A stretch of 64,000 nt of DNA. Source: Tubiluchus corallicola. Taxonomy: Eukaryota; Animalia; Priapulida. The notes below the pieces were generated by a model. That model worked only from the letters and a program-made list of their open reading frames with translations. It was not told the DNA's origin and made no database searches. Positions 25,900 through 39,874 of this stretch are shown one piece after another. The position numbers and the translations under genes were made by a program. Position 1 is the first letter of the stretch. Each line of letters starts with the position of its first letter. Location: NCBI GenBank assembly GCA_030141605.1, contig JAQGDQ010000933.1, positions 15,354-79,353 of the forward strand. The letters are read 5' to 3'.

Positions 25900-26470
25900 C
25901 ATTTTTAAGCTATTGTTCTACTCTGTCGGAAGCTATATATAAAGCTATATATATATATATATATTAAATTCTACAAGAACATTGCACCACAAATTATTAG
26001 ACCAATTTATTACTTAGTTAAATGTACCCACATCAACAATCTGTATTTTTCACAATAATCACAATAAACAAACAGTTACTATTAGATGACAGAGTAGATT
26101 TGCATATGTCAACTTAAATGTATAAAAATAATAACAACTTGAATCCAAACTTCTTCCAAAATCAGAAAAAAGCATTAGATATTATATTCTAATTATGATA
26201 GTTTATGATGCCAATCTAATTTATGTTACCTACTGTAGAACAAATCAGTCTAAACATTCTATTACATATACAGGGCCATAATAATGGAACACTTTAGGTC
26301 CTACTATTAAATATGCTGTATCGGTTTGAAGAATCAAATTTTGTTGTAAGTCAGAAATGTTTAAGAGTTATAATAATAATTAATGTCTTAATTAGTATTG
26401 GTTAATACATTTAAAAATGTATATCATTATCGCATTAGCAGAACATAATTTTAGCTTAATAATTCTATCG
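25900..26470 (-). mobile_element. Degenerate L2/CR1-like LINE 3' fragment
   Basis: Remnants of an ORF2 C-terminus resembling the 27325-28035 ORF; many stops. Confidence 0.4.
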
Positions 26471-26802
26471 GTTGTTCTTATTACTGATCCAAATAAAGAG
26501 CTATATTATATCAGTATAGGAATTAGCTGAACTTGACTTACCAAGCTAAAACAGATATGCACAGGTGAGTGATAAAAATTTGTACATGCTAAAAAATGTA
26601 TATAAATGCTATAATATTTGAGGAATAGGGAATAATAGCAACACCAGCAGCCACTCTTCCATCTCCATAATTCAAAAAAATGCTTTGCCCAAGAACTGCT
26701 GACACAGAAAGCATTTTTTAATGTTTGCACCATACTAAGCACCATATTTGCTAAGAATGTCATTTAGCAACCATAATTAACTGGTGTGAAGAATTTGACA
26801 GG

Positions 26803-29800
26803 CATAGACATAGACATATAGACATAGAACATTTATTTTCTCCATTTGTTTGACATGACAAGCTTTTTTAAATATTACTTAATTATAGTAGCGGAGCAGG
26901 GCAGGGAAGGACCATAGGGTCATCTAGTCTCCTGCCCTGTCTTATAATTAAATTAGTATATTAAAAGTAAATGGTGAGACTGCGGATAACAAAATCAAAT
27001 AGGAAAAAAAATAATAATAAACAGTATAAATGAAAACAAAGTATAAATGAAAACAGTATAAGTGAAAACAAAAAAATAATAAAGTTAGATGACACCTAAA
27101 TCTAAACAAAACAATACAATTAATACAAGTAATTATGATTATTATATATATTTTCAAATAGGGCCTTATTGACAGGGGATTTTGACTGTATGGAGAGATA
27201 AAATAAGTATCAAAAAAAGTGTAATATAGAAAATTTAAGAGAAAAAGTAAGTGTAAGAAAGAGCAACAATTACTTAGGAGATGAGAAAAAAAACACTTGA
27301 TAGCTTGCTTATTAGTCTTACAAGTTATGTATTACAGGTATTTTCATTTAGTAAGAATTTTGTGTATTTTTTGGAAGCAGAAAATAAGCTACCTCCAAAG
27401 GTATCTTTTGGCAACGAGTTCCATAATTTAACTCCTCGTGATTTTAAGCTATTGAAACCATGTCGGGTAAAAAATCTCTCCACAAAATACTGTTCATTAG
27501 AAGCAGCTCTTGTGGAGTAGGAATGTATATCAGAAACATTAGTGAAATATTCACTAAAAAGTTCGGGTAATAAACCAGCATTGAATTTATACATAAATTT
27601 GAACAACTCAAGATTGTAAATATCTTTTACTTTTAAAATTTCTAATTTTACGAACGATGGTGTAGCATGATCATATTTGCGAGCAAAAGTTATTAGTTTT
27701 ACTATTTTGTTTTGTTGTGTCTGTATTAATTTTTGAATTGATGCAAAAGCCGTACCCCATGTTAAGATGGAATATTGTAAATAAGGGAAAACTAACGAAT
27801 TATATAGAAGTTTCAGAATATATTGGTCAACGTAGTGCCTTACTTTTAAAATTATTCCAGTAATTCGACTTAATTTGTATGTTATGTGTTTTATATGTGG
27901 TTCCCATGTTAATTTATTATCAATGAGTAGGCCCAAGTATTTGATGTTGTCTGTTTCTTCAATTTTGTGTTTGTTTATTATAATATGAAATTTTGGATTA
28001 TTAGCATTGTTAATTTGCTTATTGTTGATTATCATAAATTTGGTTTTTTTGTAGTTTGTTTGCCCTCATCCACAGGTCTATTTTTTTCATTTCGTCATTA
28101 ACAGATTTTTGCAGATTATTTATATTGGAGTCAGACATGAACAAATTAGTGTCATCGGCAAATATTCGGGTTCGAAAGTTGCTGCATGTGGGAAGATCGT
28201 TAATATAAATTAAGAATAGAAGAGGTCCTAAATTAGAGCCTTGTGGCACTCCACACGATATGTGTTTATAGTCTGATGATACATTGTTAATAGATATGAA
28301 TTGTTTTCTGTTAGTTAGATATGACTGAATTAGTTGCAAAGGTAGACCTCTGATGCCATAATGGTTTAGTTTGGCTATTCGTATACTATGCTGTACGGTA
28401 TCAAAAGCTTTTGATAAGTCTAAAAATATTCAGCAATTCAGTAATTTTTTGTCAGTGTCTAGAGAGATCGTGTCTATTAATTCGGATACAGCAAGGGCAG
28501 TTGAATAATTTTTTCTGAAACCAAACTGGTATTTACTTAGGATATTACTTTTCACAACAAACTGGTATAATCTCTTGTAAATTAGCCTCTCAAAAACTTT
28601 TGATACTGGTGATAAGAGAGATATTGGTCTGTAATTGCCAGGTTCATGTGGAGAGCCAGTTTTATATAAAGGAATAACTTTTGCTATTTTTAATATATTT
28701 GGAAAAGTTCCAGCATTAACCGATTTATTAAACAGTAATGTGAGTATTGGTGAAATTATTTGACTTGCAGATTTAAAAATAGATATTGGTATATTTCGTT
28801 GTCCTGGTGATTTGTTTGAATTAAGTGTGTTTAAAAGTGTGCATGTTTCATTTTCAGTAATAGGATTAATGAAAAAAGAATTTGGGTTAGGGTTTTTTAA
28901 AAAGTCTGTAAAATTAACGTTAGGTTTAGGTATTTTGGCAGCCATGTCAGGGCCTATATTTACAAAAAACTCATTTAGTTTACTGGCAATATCATATGTA
29001 TCTGTATAGTCCACATTATTTATTGTTAACTTACTTGGTGTTTGTCGTGTTTTTGGATCAGTTTTTATAATACTGTTTATTGTTTCCCAAGTTTTTTTCA
29101 TGTTATTCTTGTGTTTTTGCAATGTTTCAATGTAATATTGTTTTTTTGATGATTCTTTGACATGATTTAATTTATTTGAGTAGGATTTGTAGTAGATTTG
29201 TTTGTATAAAACATATTTGAGAGTTTGTGTGATTTGTAAAGACGTGATCTGGTTTTAATACTATTTAAAATTCCTTTAGTGATCCATGGTTTTTGAAATG
29301 TAATAGTGTCTTTCCTAGACAGAGTTTGCAAAGGAAAATGATTATTAAACACATTGAAGAGTATTTCATTAAATTTGCTAAATCCCTCATTAGTTTCCAA
29401 GTCATTAAAATTTATTTTGGCTAATTCTAGCTGCAGGTTATTTAAAAAATTTTGTTCAGTTGAATTTTTAAAATTTCTTGTGGTGATTTTGTTGGATTTC
29501 ATTTTCAGTTTAGTATGCTTTATAATTGCAAATATAGGAAGATGGTCGGCTACTTGATAAAGCAAAATTCCAGGTGTTACGTGGTTGGTGAGGTCATTTG
29601 TATAAATATGATCAATGAGTGTATTAGTGTGATGAGTTATTCTTGTTGGTTTAGTCATAATTGGCACAAAATTATTAGAGAATAACATGTTTGTATAATT
29701 TGTCACTGAGGTTTTGCTGTCACTATGTAGTAAATTAATATTTATGTCACCGCATATATATAGCAAAATTTCTTAGTTCTGTTAATTAAGGATAATTTGC

Positions 29801-30080
29801 TTTCTAGTTCTTCATAAAATTCTTCAAGGTTAGTATTTGGGTGCCTGTAGATGACTCCAAATAAAATGTTTTTGATGTTGGGTGGAGTTTCTATTTCAAT
29901 CCACATATTCTCCAGTTGCATATGGTTTGTGGAGCCATTTTTACAGTCTGAGTTTCTGATATACAATCCCACACCACCTGCATTGGTTGTAGAATCGTCA
30001 CGAATAAATTGATACCCAGGTAAGGGTGTGAGAAAAATATGATCTTTTTTAAACGGGTTTCACTTAATGCTATAATGTAG
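26803..30080 (-). mobile_element. L2/CR1-group LINE, 5'-truncated, frameshifted ORF2 (APE + RT) with 3' UTR
   Basis: APE: GGVGLYI, GVIYRHP, ICGDININL, LIDHIY, DHLPI. RT: NYRPISLL, QFGFR, GVPQGSNLGPLLFLIYIND, FADDT, KYLG. The 3' end has a stem-loop (~26897-26940), AATAAA and a (CTATGT)n tail. Confidence 0.93.
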
Positions 30081-30984
30081 GCTATAAGGCTGCGACCCTG
30101 TTACAGGAATTCACTTATATATAAGCGAAACCAGTTTTGTATTAGCTTCTTTTAGTTCTGTTCGGTCTAGTACTTTGTTGTTTCCACTAATATGTTGTGA
30201 TATTTTTCGCAACTAAATAAAACTTACGTTTCTTTATCATTAATTTATCGTGTTCGAGTTTGCTCTGCGCCATTAACTGTGCACATTTTTGTTGTTTATT
30301 CCTAAGCGACTGTTATTCCAGCCTTGGCATAACACAGAGCTAGTCATAGTTAGTTAAAAATTAAAAGTAAAAACAATTAAATATTTGAATATAGCTACAC
30401 AATGATTGCAAACTTTGTCTGCTTGTTTCTACAAACCACGCACTAAACTTTGCTAACGAGTTTCGAATTACACTAGAAGTTCGCACCTGTTAAATAACTA
30501 ACCTCAATTTAGGTGATTTAAAATTACAAAATATAATTTGAAGCAAAACATACGTTAACAAACTGCATTTTGCGAAACCTGAACTACTGGTCAACATACA
30601 ATAGCCAAAATAGTTATACCTCAATAAATCTTGTTGACACCCAGTAAATGGCATTTGACTAGACAGTACAGTAAACAGCTTAAGAAATAGGTAAATTATG
30701 TTTACAGGCAAACTACCAAAAGATGGCCTCCGAAAGATACTACTTCTTTCTAGATTGCATAGTATTTTTCTGTTTGTGCATAGTTTGTCTGTATTTTTCA
30801 GTATCACACAGTATCTGAATATTTCTGCAGCACTCACAGTGTCTTGTGAGACTCTCTAAATCTGTCAGCAGCACTCAGAGCCTCAAAAAGTTTCTGTAAA
30901 TCTGAATTTGAAAATTTTAAATTTGAAATTTTGGAAAAAGACAAAAAAAAATTACGTTAGTGACGCCACAAAGTGCGATTTACT

Positions 30985-31250
30985 CTGTAAAATCTTTTTA
31001 GCATTGGTCACCTGCAAGATACAGTGTTCGATGATGAGTGGGAAGCTCGTGTAGATCAATTTGTAAACTCAGTTAATTTTTCAACAGCCAACACAGATGG
31101 CACCAATTCAGCATTCACTATGTCTGAACTGGTCAAAGCAATTAAGCAAGCTCCTAGTGGAAAAAGTGCAGGTAATAACCCGATCATGATAAAACACTTT
31201 GGCTTTTGATCAAAGTGTATTATCTTAAGTCTAAGCACCCTCTGTTTACA
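30985..31250 (+). mobile_element. Fragment of an I/Jockey-like LINE related to the 54300-58720 element
   Basis: FDDEWEARV..FTMSELVKAIK..PIMIKHFGF parallels FDYVWQQQV..FTMDELNIAIK..PLMVKHLGF at 55894-56250. Confidence 0.6.
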
Positions 31251-32693
31251 CAATTTTTCCCCAACCATGCAAGGTGAATTCAGCAAATTTTAAATTTCAA
31301 AATGTAAAGCAAATAGAATGTCACTTATTCAGGGATTTAATTAAAATAAAAATTGTGCAAAGAAGGAGCATCACAGAAATAAAAAAGGTTAAACTTGTTT
31401 TATACTACACACACGAAATCATTTAGCAGCAAATTTTTAGACTGCGTTGCCTAACTAACTTATTTGTATCATTTTGGAAAAACGTTGAAAAGCCTCGCTT
31501 AAATTATGTTAACTTTTCGACTTGGTTGAGTCTCCACCACAGCAAAAAGACCAATATCCATGCTGATACAAAAGTCTAGTCCAAGATTTTTAACTGATAA
31601 TTTTTACGTAACTCTCATCCTTCAAGGTACACATACTACTGAATAGAGTTGGAATGGTCGTATTTAGCAGATAAACCAAATAGCCATTTAATTGTAACAT
31701 CACAATAACACAATCAATAATACGCCAACATCCTACATAGTGCTCATTTGTAACACAAAGCCAGTAGCAGGTTTTACTGAATTAAAGTTAAAAGGTTATA
31801 AGCAGAGTACAATGGATGACGTCACAACAATTGCGTTGCATCAGCACTTTTTCAAGCAAAATTGCCAAAAATGGCAACTCGTCGCCACACTTCTTTGTGC
31901 ACGGAATATTTCGTTAGACGTGATCTAGAATATCTCTGGTAAATGCACGATGCAGCTCTAAATTTCCCACTCATTCTGGAGTGTACGTCACCCAGGTTTT
32001 TGCTATTATCACACTATGTGAAGGACCACTTGCAGTGAGTGTGTGAGCTACGTGATTCTTTGTCACCCGTTTAGGATTGGCATGAAGCTGAGGCTGACCC
32101 AGTCCAACAAGGACTACATCTCTCTTCTCAAATTCTACATGGGAATGGTCAATTTTGTAAAATGTCCAGAAATTGAATGCCCTTATAAAGTGAACTTCCT
32201 TTTTGTAAAACTAAAATTCGTTGTTCAAACAATTTAGTTCCAGCTCTAGACCATCGATTTGTAACTATCTTTAAATTTGAAATACCTTTAAACGATGATA
32301 CAGTGTTGGCGACATATGTACTTTATCACCCGTTGATCCATTGTCAGAGCAAAACTTTTTAATATAGATGAACTGTATCTAAGTATTTATCTAGCTGCCA
32401 TATTTACAGGTGCTTGTAATAATCTATCAGTAAGTACATTCAGTATACAGAACATTCAGTAACATTCAGTAACAGTAAGCAACCAAAGTAAAATTAAGTA
32501 ACACACTGAGGGTTCAAATTTAAAATCTACATAGTAAAGACTGGACATTAAAAAGTCTCAAATTTTCAGAAATAAAGTAAACATGATGTTACGGAAACCT
32601 GCTATCCACTGTTACAATTATCATTGTTAATATTATATTTTTCGTCATCATATTCTTTCTCATTATAATCAGGCAGCATTGAAAACGTAGGAA

Positions 32694-33558
32694 CTATATT
32701 TTTCGAAACAAATCATACCTAAAAGTGTAATTGAATAAGAGAAAATCTAAATAATATTTTTCATAAATCATTAAACCTAATTTTAAAGGAATGACATCAT
32801 AATATTTTTCTAAAAGATTGTCTGCACTGTTGTTTTTTACAATTCCTTTTATTATGGAATTAAACTGCTTTGACGAAGAAAGATTATTCAGAAACTGTAC
32901 TGATTCTCTGTCCACATTTTCTAATTTACCAATAAAATCGTATTTTATAAAACACACGTTACACAAGTCAACATACCTCGCCCAGTGTTCATTCAATGCC
33001 GTGTTCTTAGTTTGTGTAATGTACAGTAAAAATTGCTTGAAGGTTGGTATCCAATTTGGTGATAATAGTGTTGCTTGTGTAGATTTGTCATAAAAAAACT
33101 TGTAAATGGGTTTGATGAAAAGAGAGCTTCCTGCCTCTATTTTGTCCCTGTAGCCAGACAGAAGTCGTGTTAACGGTTCTCTGACGAATAAAAACTTCGT
33201 AAAATTATCTAACGTATAGTTTCGATCATTTTCCTCAAATACTTTACCAAATCTTAGTGAGTACATTTCATGGTGGATATACTCAGGTTTAACAGTTCTA
33301 TTCGAAGCTAATTTCATCAAAATGATTTTCCACATTGTACTTCCTGCCTTTGGTAGTAAGCGCAGTAAAACAGCTTATATTTAGGCACAGAAAAGGCTTC
33401 TTTAAGCCAACGGCTTGAATCCATGACATATGCTGAGGCGCTAGATTCTCCTCCTTGGATTTTCTCACAAATATCTCTTATAAGCATTTTTCTCCGATCA
33501 TTAATCATATTTAAATCCTCATATGCAGTGTCAGGAGAAAGATCCGGCAAAACACTTC
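32694..33558 (-). pseudogene. Carbohydrate sulfotransferase, Sulfotransfer_2 family (CHST11/C4ST-HNK1ST-like), catalytic exon with a 2-bp frameshift
   Basis: YKLFYC / LLPKAGSTMWK (5'-PSB; frames differ by an extra GC at ~33360), KFLFVREPLTRLLSGYRDK (3'-PB), NEHW..LCNVCFIKYDFIGKLE, YYLDFLLFNY. Acceptor ttttcttag at 33559. Confidence 0.88.
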
Positions 33559-35452
33559 CTAAGAAAAAAAATTAAGTTTGTTAATTTACTTCTTTGACTA
33601 TTTTTACAGTCTGTCAAAATATCAGTTGCTTTATTAACACAGTATTTAAGATTACTCGGTAATGCCTATCTTGACTGCAATAGAGCCTAAGACCCCGCGG
33701 GATTGCCACCAGCAGTTTAATACTGCGGTCAAGAATATAGCAACCTTTATATTTACTGCATGAAAGAGTGCAGTCAAACGTTGATGCCACTTTGCTGCAA
33801 AAATTTCTAGTGCTCATTATGTGCTGCATTGAAAAAAAATTACCCGCACTACATTTAACACTACAAGGACAGTGCACATCAGTTGTTGGAATTATTTTCT
33901 ATTTTGTGCATTTTTCAGGAAACTCTGTTTGATATGCTCCTTTGTATTACTAACTGTATATCCAAGTCTAGTGCTAATTACTATAGCTACAGAGATTACT
34001 AATTAATTAATGCCCAAAGAGTACACAAACTGTGATTAGGCAAAGCTATGGCTTATATGCTAAATTTCCTATTTAATTTTTTTCAATTTCTTAATTAATG
34101 TTCTTCAATTTTTTATTGAATTTTGAAAGCAACAGCCAACATAAAAGTCCGTTGTTTTATTCTCCATTTTCAGTCTATGGACGAAATTTTTGCGAATTAA
34201 TAGATAAAGTAATTGGATTAAGTCACTTGCACATGTAAGGAAACTCATACTAACAGTGAATGAGTTTCCTTATAATGAATAACTTTGGCGTTATTAGCAC
34301 GCTAAAGTTAATTTTTTGCACCTGGGAGCAAACTATGTGTGTTTACGTAACATTAGCACAAGTGAGCAATAAAATGAACAGATTTAATGTTTATAATTTT
34401 GAACCTTAAGAAAAATGCAAAAATATTATTAGCATTTTTGCGTATCATTAAAAATAGTCATATATTTATCTCACTGATTCCACTATAACGACATTATTTT
34501 AGTACCGCAAATTATTAAATTTCTATATTAAGTTGAATTATACAAAAATAGAGCTTCTAACTTCCAAACCACAAAATTTGCCACGCTATGCAAAATCTGA
34601 CATAATGCAGAAACAAATTATATTAAAACTTATACGGAGGAAAAGTACCTAAGCCATATTTCAGCAAAAGACAAAATGGACGATACGGTTCGGTGAGGTA
34701 TGTCAGAAATATGAAACCAGTAAGACTTTTGTGCCTCATAATTAATCTTTGTGGTCGCTAAAGTCAATTTGGAGGTGCTGAATCAAAGAAAGTTAAGCAC
34801 CATTTTTCGTGCACATCTTTTTCAACCTTCATGGATTTTAAAAATGGCCGCCACAATTACTTAATAATTAAGCAGTTTTTTCTCGGTTTCTCATACAATT
34901 TTGAGTTAGGTTCACTTTTTCACAAAATATGGAGGTAGGGTGGGCATGGCCTTATCAAGTCATTATGGTATCCTCTGCTGATAGCTCTTCCCCGCCAAAA
35001 TATATATAGTAATATTACCACAGTATCGCGAAATTTGCAACAGCCTTAATGTTACAGTCCAACAAAGTATATACTTAAAAAAGTTGGCAACATAACTGCA
35101 CCCTGCCTGACACCGTTTCCTACTGTGATATTATGACATCTAAGCCCAGTCCTTTTGGTAATATACATGTTTAACAAAACTAATAATATTTGCAAAGTAA
35201 ATTTTCTGAATTGTAAACAGCTTCATGAATTTTACCCTATCAAATGCTTGATTCGTATCAAGTAATGTATATAGGATTGAGTTCGCCTTTTTAGTTAACA
35301 CTTGGCTGTCTCCTTCAGAACAAAATTACACATTGTAATTGATATTTTTGGCTTAAAACCGATTTTTAATTTCGAATTTTATCAGAGTGTTTTACCAAAT
35401 TTATCAGTGTGTTTTATATTAGTGTAACCCAGTCTAGTATTTTCAAACTGAC

Positions 35453-35650
35453 CATTTCGTTCTCGGATTTAGGACTATCTTTCTTACTACAGACTGGCAA
35501 GTTTTCTTCACGCGATTTCTTTGCGATATTCTTACCTTCTCTTAAAACGTTCCTACGTGACTGAAATTCCAAAATAGCGAGGCTATCCATTATAATTATG
35601 GTAACACATAATATTTTTCTTGTTCGTAATCTTTTTACAAAATGTGCCAT
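35453..35650 (-). CDS. Probable first exon (cytoplasmic tail, TM, stem) of the CHST11-like gene
   Basis: MAHFVKRLRTRK-ILCVTIIIMDSLAIL type II topology and donor GTCAGT at 35452. Its phase (0) does not match the 33558 acceptor (1), so another exon or a lesion is implied. Confidence 0.45.
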
Positions 35651-38084
35651 TTTTAGACAATTCTCTGCAGTTTGCATGTCAGATAGTGTCGGCGCTACAC
35701 ATAATACTGCCTGATCGATGGTGTTGAACTCACATTGTCACATTGTCAAAATCACAGCAAAAAGGAGACACACGTAAAGCGGTTCACCCAGTTAACATTG
35801 TTGTAATTTTGTTTTTCTTTTTTTTTCAACAAAAGAAATTCAATACATTGTGAATCAAAGTTATCAGGAAGAATGACTGGCTGCTTAACACAGTTAAGTC
35901 TCATACACATGCGCAATTTTTTGACAGGTTAAATTTTAATATTCTACAATTGAAAATTGTCTTTGTACTGACGTGAAGATGCGCAGACATTCGGACTCAG
36001 ATATTTGAACACAGGACGTTTTACCACAAAACATTTGTTGGCAGAGGCAGGTAGTTTTGATGGCAGAGTCAAGTGAATAGAGCAATCCACTTTCCACTTT
36101 TCGTGTACGCACAACAAGTAAATTGTGACTGCGGACAATTTTTTGTGTCAGTTATTGCGCATTTGTAGAGGATTTTAGCTTTTGTGTTGTAACAAAAGTA
36201 TATCATTTGAACAAGTCATCTAGCACACAAGAAAAACGCTAAAATAGAACCCTGGAATAAAATTGTAACAAGTTTACAGTATATTTCTGTACTAGTATAA
36301 TAAATATTTATGAAAATGCAACAAGATAGGAATAGCAGCTACAATATCTACGCATGCGCAAATCTACCCCACATTTCACAACAAGCTAAAGTTAGGGAAG
36401 GACATGTTTTGAGGGGGTTTGGATTGTTTCATTATTTATAGGGACGAGGAAGGGTTAGAGTTATTGTAACAAGCTAAATGTGTTACTATAACTTCTAAGT
36501 GTTCAGAAAGAACAATATATCTTTCACCTTTCACAATGTATGATAATGCGTATACAGTGTCCTGCATAATGTCCCATTTTTTGTTTTCATATTAAAGTCA
36601 GCTAAAAAAATTACAACAATCACAGTCTGTGTTATTTAATTTTGACAAAAACACACAGTTTGTCCAAACTTTGTAAAAAAATAAATTTCATGCATAAATG
36701 GGTTAATTTAAAGGAAGTTTGCAAATACCTATCTCATGTAGAATTCTATTTCTGGTGAAAAAGTTTTGCTAAAAACATTCATATTTTAAATGTCTTATCG
36801 GGAAATATAACTTGACGGAAAATTAGGACCGATTTTCAAGTGTAATACCGTTCATAGAAATAAAATCGATTTTTCCAGAGTACAGTTTTATCTAAGCATC
36901 TGCATTGTTTTGTTTCTATCAAGTTAAAAGATGTTTAAAAAGCATATAATCATACATTGGCCTTTCTTATTAGCTGGGGTTGATTATAAAATCACATTGA
37001 ACAAACGCAGATGCATTTACGACAATACTCCTCTTTTTTTATTGTCTGTGAACAAAAAATAACAAAACGAAACATCAGAGCTGTCATCCTAAGCAGCCGA
37101 CATTACTTCCACCTCTATAACAACCAACTAACTAGTTCAAAATCAAATTACATTCTGGTGAGAAGCCAACCTGGCGCATAAATTAGAATCTGCAGGCAGG
37201 TCATAACATCTTATATATCACGTCTAGACGTTACTTTATTTAACCTGATTTCTAAGATTCAGTTAGGCTTAAGCCAAAATAAATGTTCATTAAATACAGT
37301 TTGTTTACGTGTAAAAAATATATTTTTATAAGCGTACTAATGAAACACGTGAGGCTAAATCCATAGATAAGTCTTGATAAATAATTTATTTATTGTTTGG
37401 GTCAAACTAATTGATTTTGTAGGGCTAGATGCCAAGGGCAATCAGTTTATATTGGTAAATACATAGGCTCAGCTTCATAGAATCTTTGTAGGTAGTAACA
37501 CATGCATCATACGTGTATATGAGTCTGTGCGCATGGGTTTATCAAGACTCTACGAAGCCGTAGACTGGCAGTTCAGTCCTACTCATCTCTACTACTGTAT
37601 TATTTATAAATGAAGCACTGCATGCAATTACTTGTCGTGTGCATGTATGCATGTGCACATTATTTATTTACAAACCTACGATATCATATATTTGTAATTA
37701 TATGGATTAATTTCAGGGCATGTAAATGGGTGCAATTTTTAATGTACCAAATCCGCCACATCGTATTGGAGTAAAACGACCAAGAAACAAATGACAGAAC
37801 CTTCAACAAAAGGAAAAGAAGGATATGCGTGTGTGTGTGTGTGTGTTGGGGGGGGGGGGTGTCTGCGAGTATGGTTTGGCCCTCTACGCAAACGTATAAA
37901 CACAATGTATCTTGATTGTGTTAAAAGTTGTTTAGGTGTGAGAAGAATCAGGCACAATGAATTGGGTTTGTTGAAATAAATTTGCCGTCTGTGGAAACAT
38001 TCATTAAAGAATTTTTTTAAAAGATTCCTATCAGCCATTTTGATGACAGTTCATTTGAAACAAGTTTATTTAACACTGTGTAAA

Positions 38085-38580
38085 GCTTGAAAAAAATAAT
38101 CAGAGCATTCGCAGCATACATGTTGCTAACTAAACAAAATTTAAATTACTGTGTCTAGTCAATAACACTAAAATACGTTTTTGGCTAGAGAGTGGCGCAC
38201 CCTGGAGACTAAGTCAGCGACATTTTTTACGAATTGGCACAAATATTTTCAATTATTATTCCTAGTTTCAAAGGTTTTTCCAGCTGGTAAGCGAAATGCT
38301 AAGTAATATAGATTTGCATGGAAAGTATTTTGAGACATAATTTAACATTGCCTGTTCGATTCCTCTCATTTACGTGTGCGTAGTGACGTTTACGTCGCAA
38401 TAGTGAGGTGATGTAAAGGCGCCATCGGAACAATATTGTGGGAGATTTATAATGAAAAAAAGGAAAATTTTCTTTCAACGCAAGCTCAATAATTGTGTAA
38501 AATTGCTGTAAAGTTACACATTTTAAGGCGATTTTCCTGAAACACACTTCAGGTACCCTTTTTCTTGTTCTTTAAAAACT
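38085..38580 (+). repeat. Dispersed repeat family copy 3 (longest)
   Basis: Spans the blocks found at 9465-9725 and 11590-12010. Confidence 0.7.
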
Positions 38581-38699
38581 GTTGGCGCACAGTATTGACG
38601 TCACACCATTGTACTTATAAAACTATGTCGCGAAGATTTTGCATATTGGTGTGTGTGTGTGTGTGTGCGCGCGCGCAATTTCATTCTTGTTACATCAAA

Positions 38700-39690
38700 A
38701 GAATAAAGTTAGAAAATTTATTAATTCAAGTCAACAGTGAAGGGAAATTGAGTCAGCCGTTTTCTACAAACAAAGGAGTACCTCAGGGTGACTGCCTGAG
38801 CTCTGTAATTTTTAGTTTATATCTTGCCATACTCTCAATGAGGACAAAGTTATACCATTGAAGACCTAGAAGATCACAACTACACAATCCTTGATCTTGA
38901 ATTGATGCCGAATGAAGTAAGACAAGAACACAGTTACAGCTCTCTACAAAGTAAGTCAACTACGATATCAATGCAGTATGCTGATGATGTGGCATGGATT
39001 ACAAGAAACAAAGAAGAAATAGATGAAATAAAAAACTCAATAGAGGAGAAACTGAACAGAATGGATCTCGTTGTAAACAAAAATAAAACTGAAAAGTTTC
39101 ACATAACACGCCATAGTAATGAATCTTGGCAGAGATGCAAGTATCTCGGTAGTCTGCTGGCAACAGAACACGACATGTCAAGATGGAAGATGATGGCATT
39201 ATCAGCTTACTCAAAACTCGCAAGTTTTTGAGAATAGGAAAAATTTTTTGGAAACAAAAATTAGAATATTCTCAGCCTTAGTTGAAACTGTATTTCTGTA
39301 TAACTCTGAGCTCTGGACATTAAAAACAAATCATAAAGCTGAAATCGGTGCGTTTCAAAGGCGAAATTACAGAAACATTTTGGGTATTAGATGGCAAGGA
39401 AAATTTCAAACAATGGTTTATATAAAAAAATAAAAGAAGAACGTTTGACAAGAAAAATAAAAAGTCACCGTTTAAGATTGGGGGATATGCTTAGACTACG
39501 TGATGATATTCCAGTGAAGATAGCTCTTCAACAAGACATAGAACCAGCTGAAAAAACCCGCAGGAGGACAGATGTTAACATATTTAGATTTTGCACAGAC
39601 AGATTTAAACACTCCAGCATTGATCCTTAGAAATAAATGCACTTGGGGCATTGCGGCGAGCAGGGAGTCCTGGCATAGGGGAGGTGAGCA
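38700..39690 (+). mobile_element. RTE/RTEX-clade LINE, degenerate RT and C-terminus
   Basis: GVPQGDCLSSVIF, QYADD, CKYLGSLL, TKIRIF..FLYNSELWTL..AFQRR..ILGIRW. Confidence 0.88.
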
Positions 39691-39874
39691 GAATCATGTC
39701 CCTGGACGTGTGATTCATTGGATGATGAAGATGGTTTGTTACAGAAGCCGATTTTATGCGTGGTGAATGTATTATAGTTTTAAATAAACTTTTTCGTAAT
39801 AAATACTTGAACTTATCTGTGATTATATTTATATTTTCTTGCTGAGCTGCCGGGAAAGGGGACACTTTCTAGTG

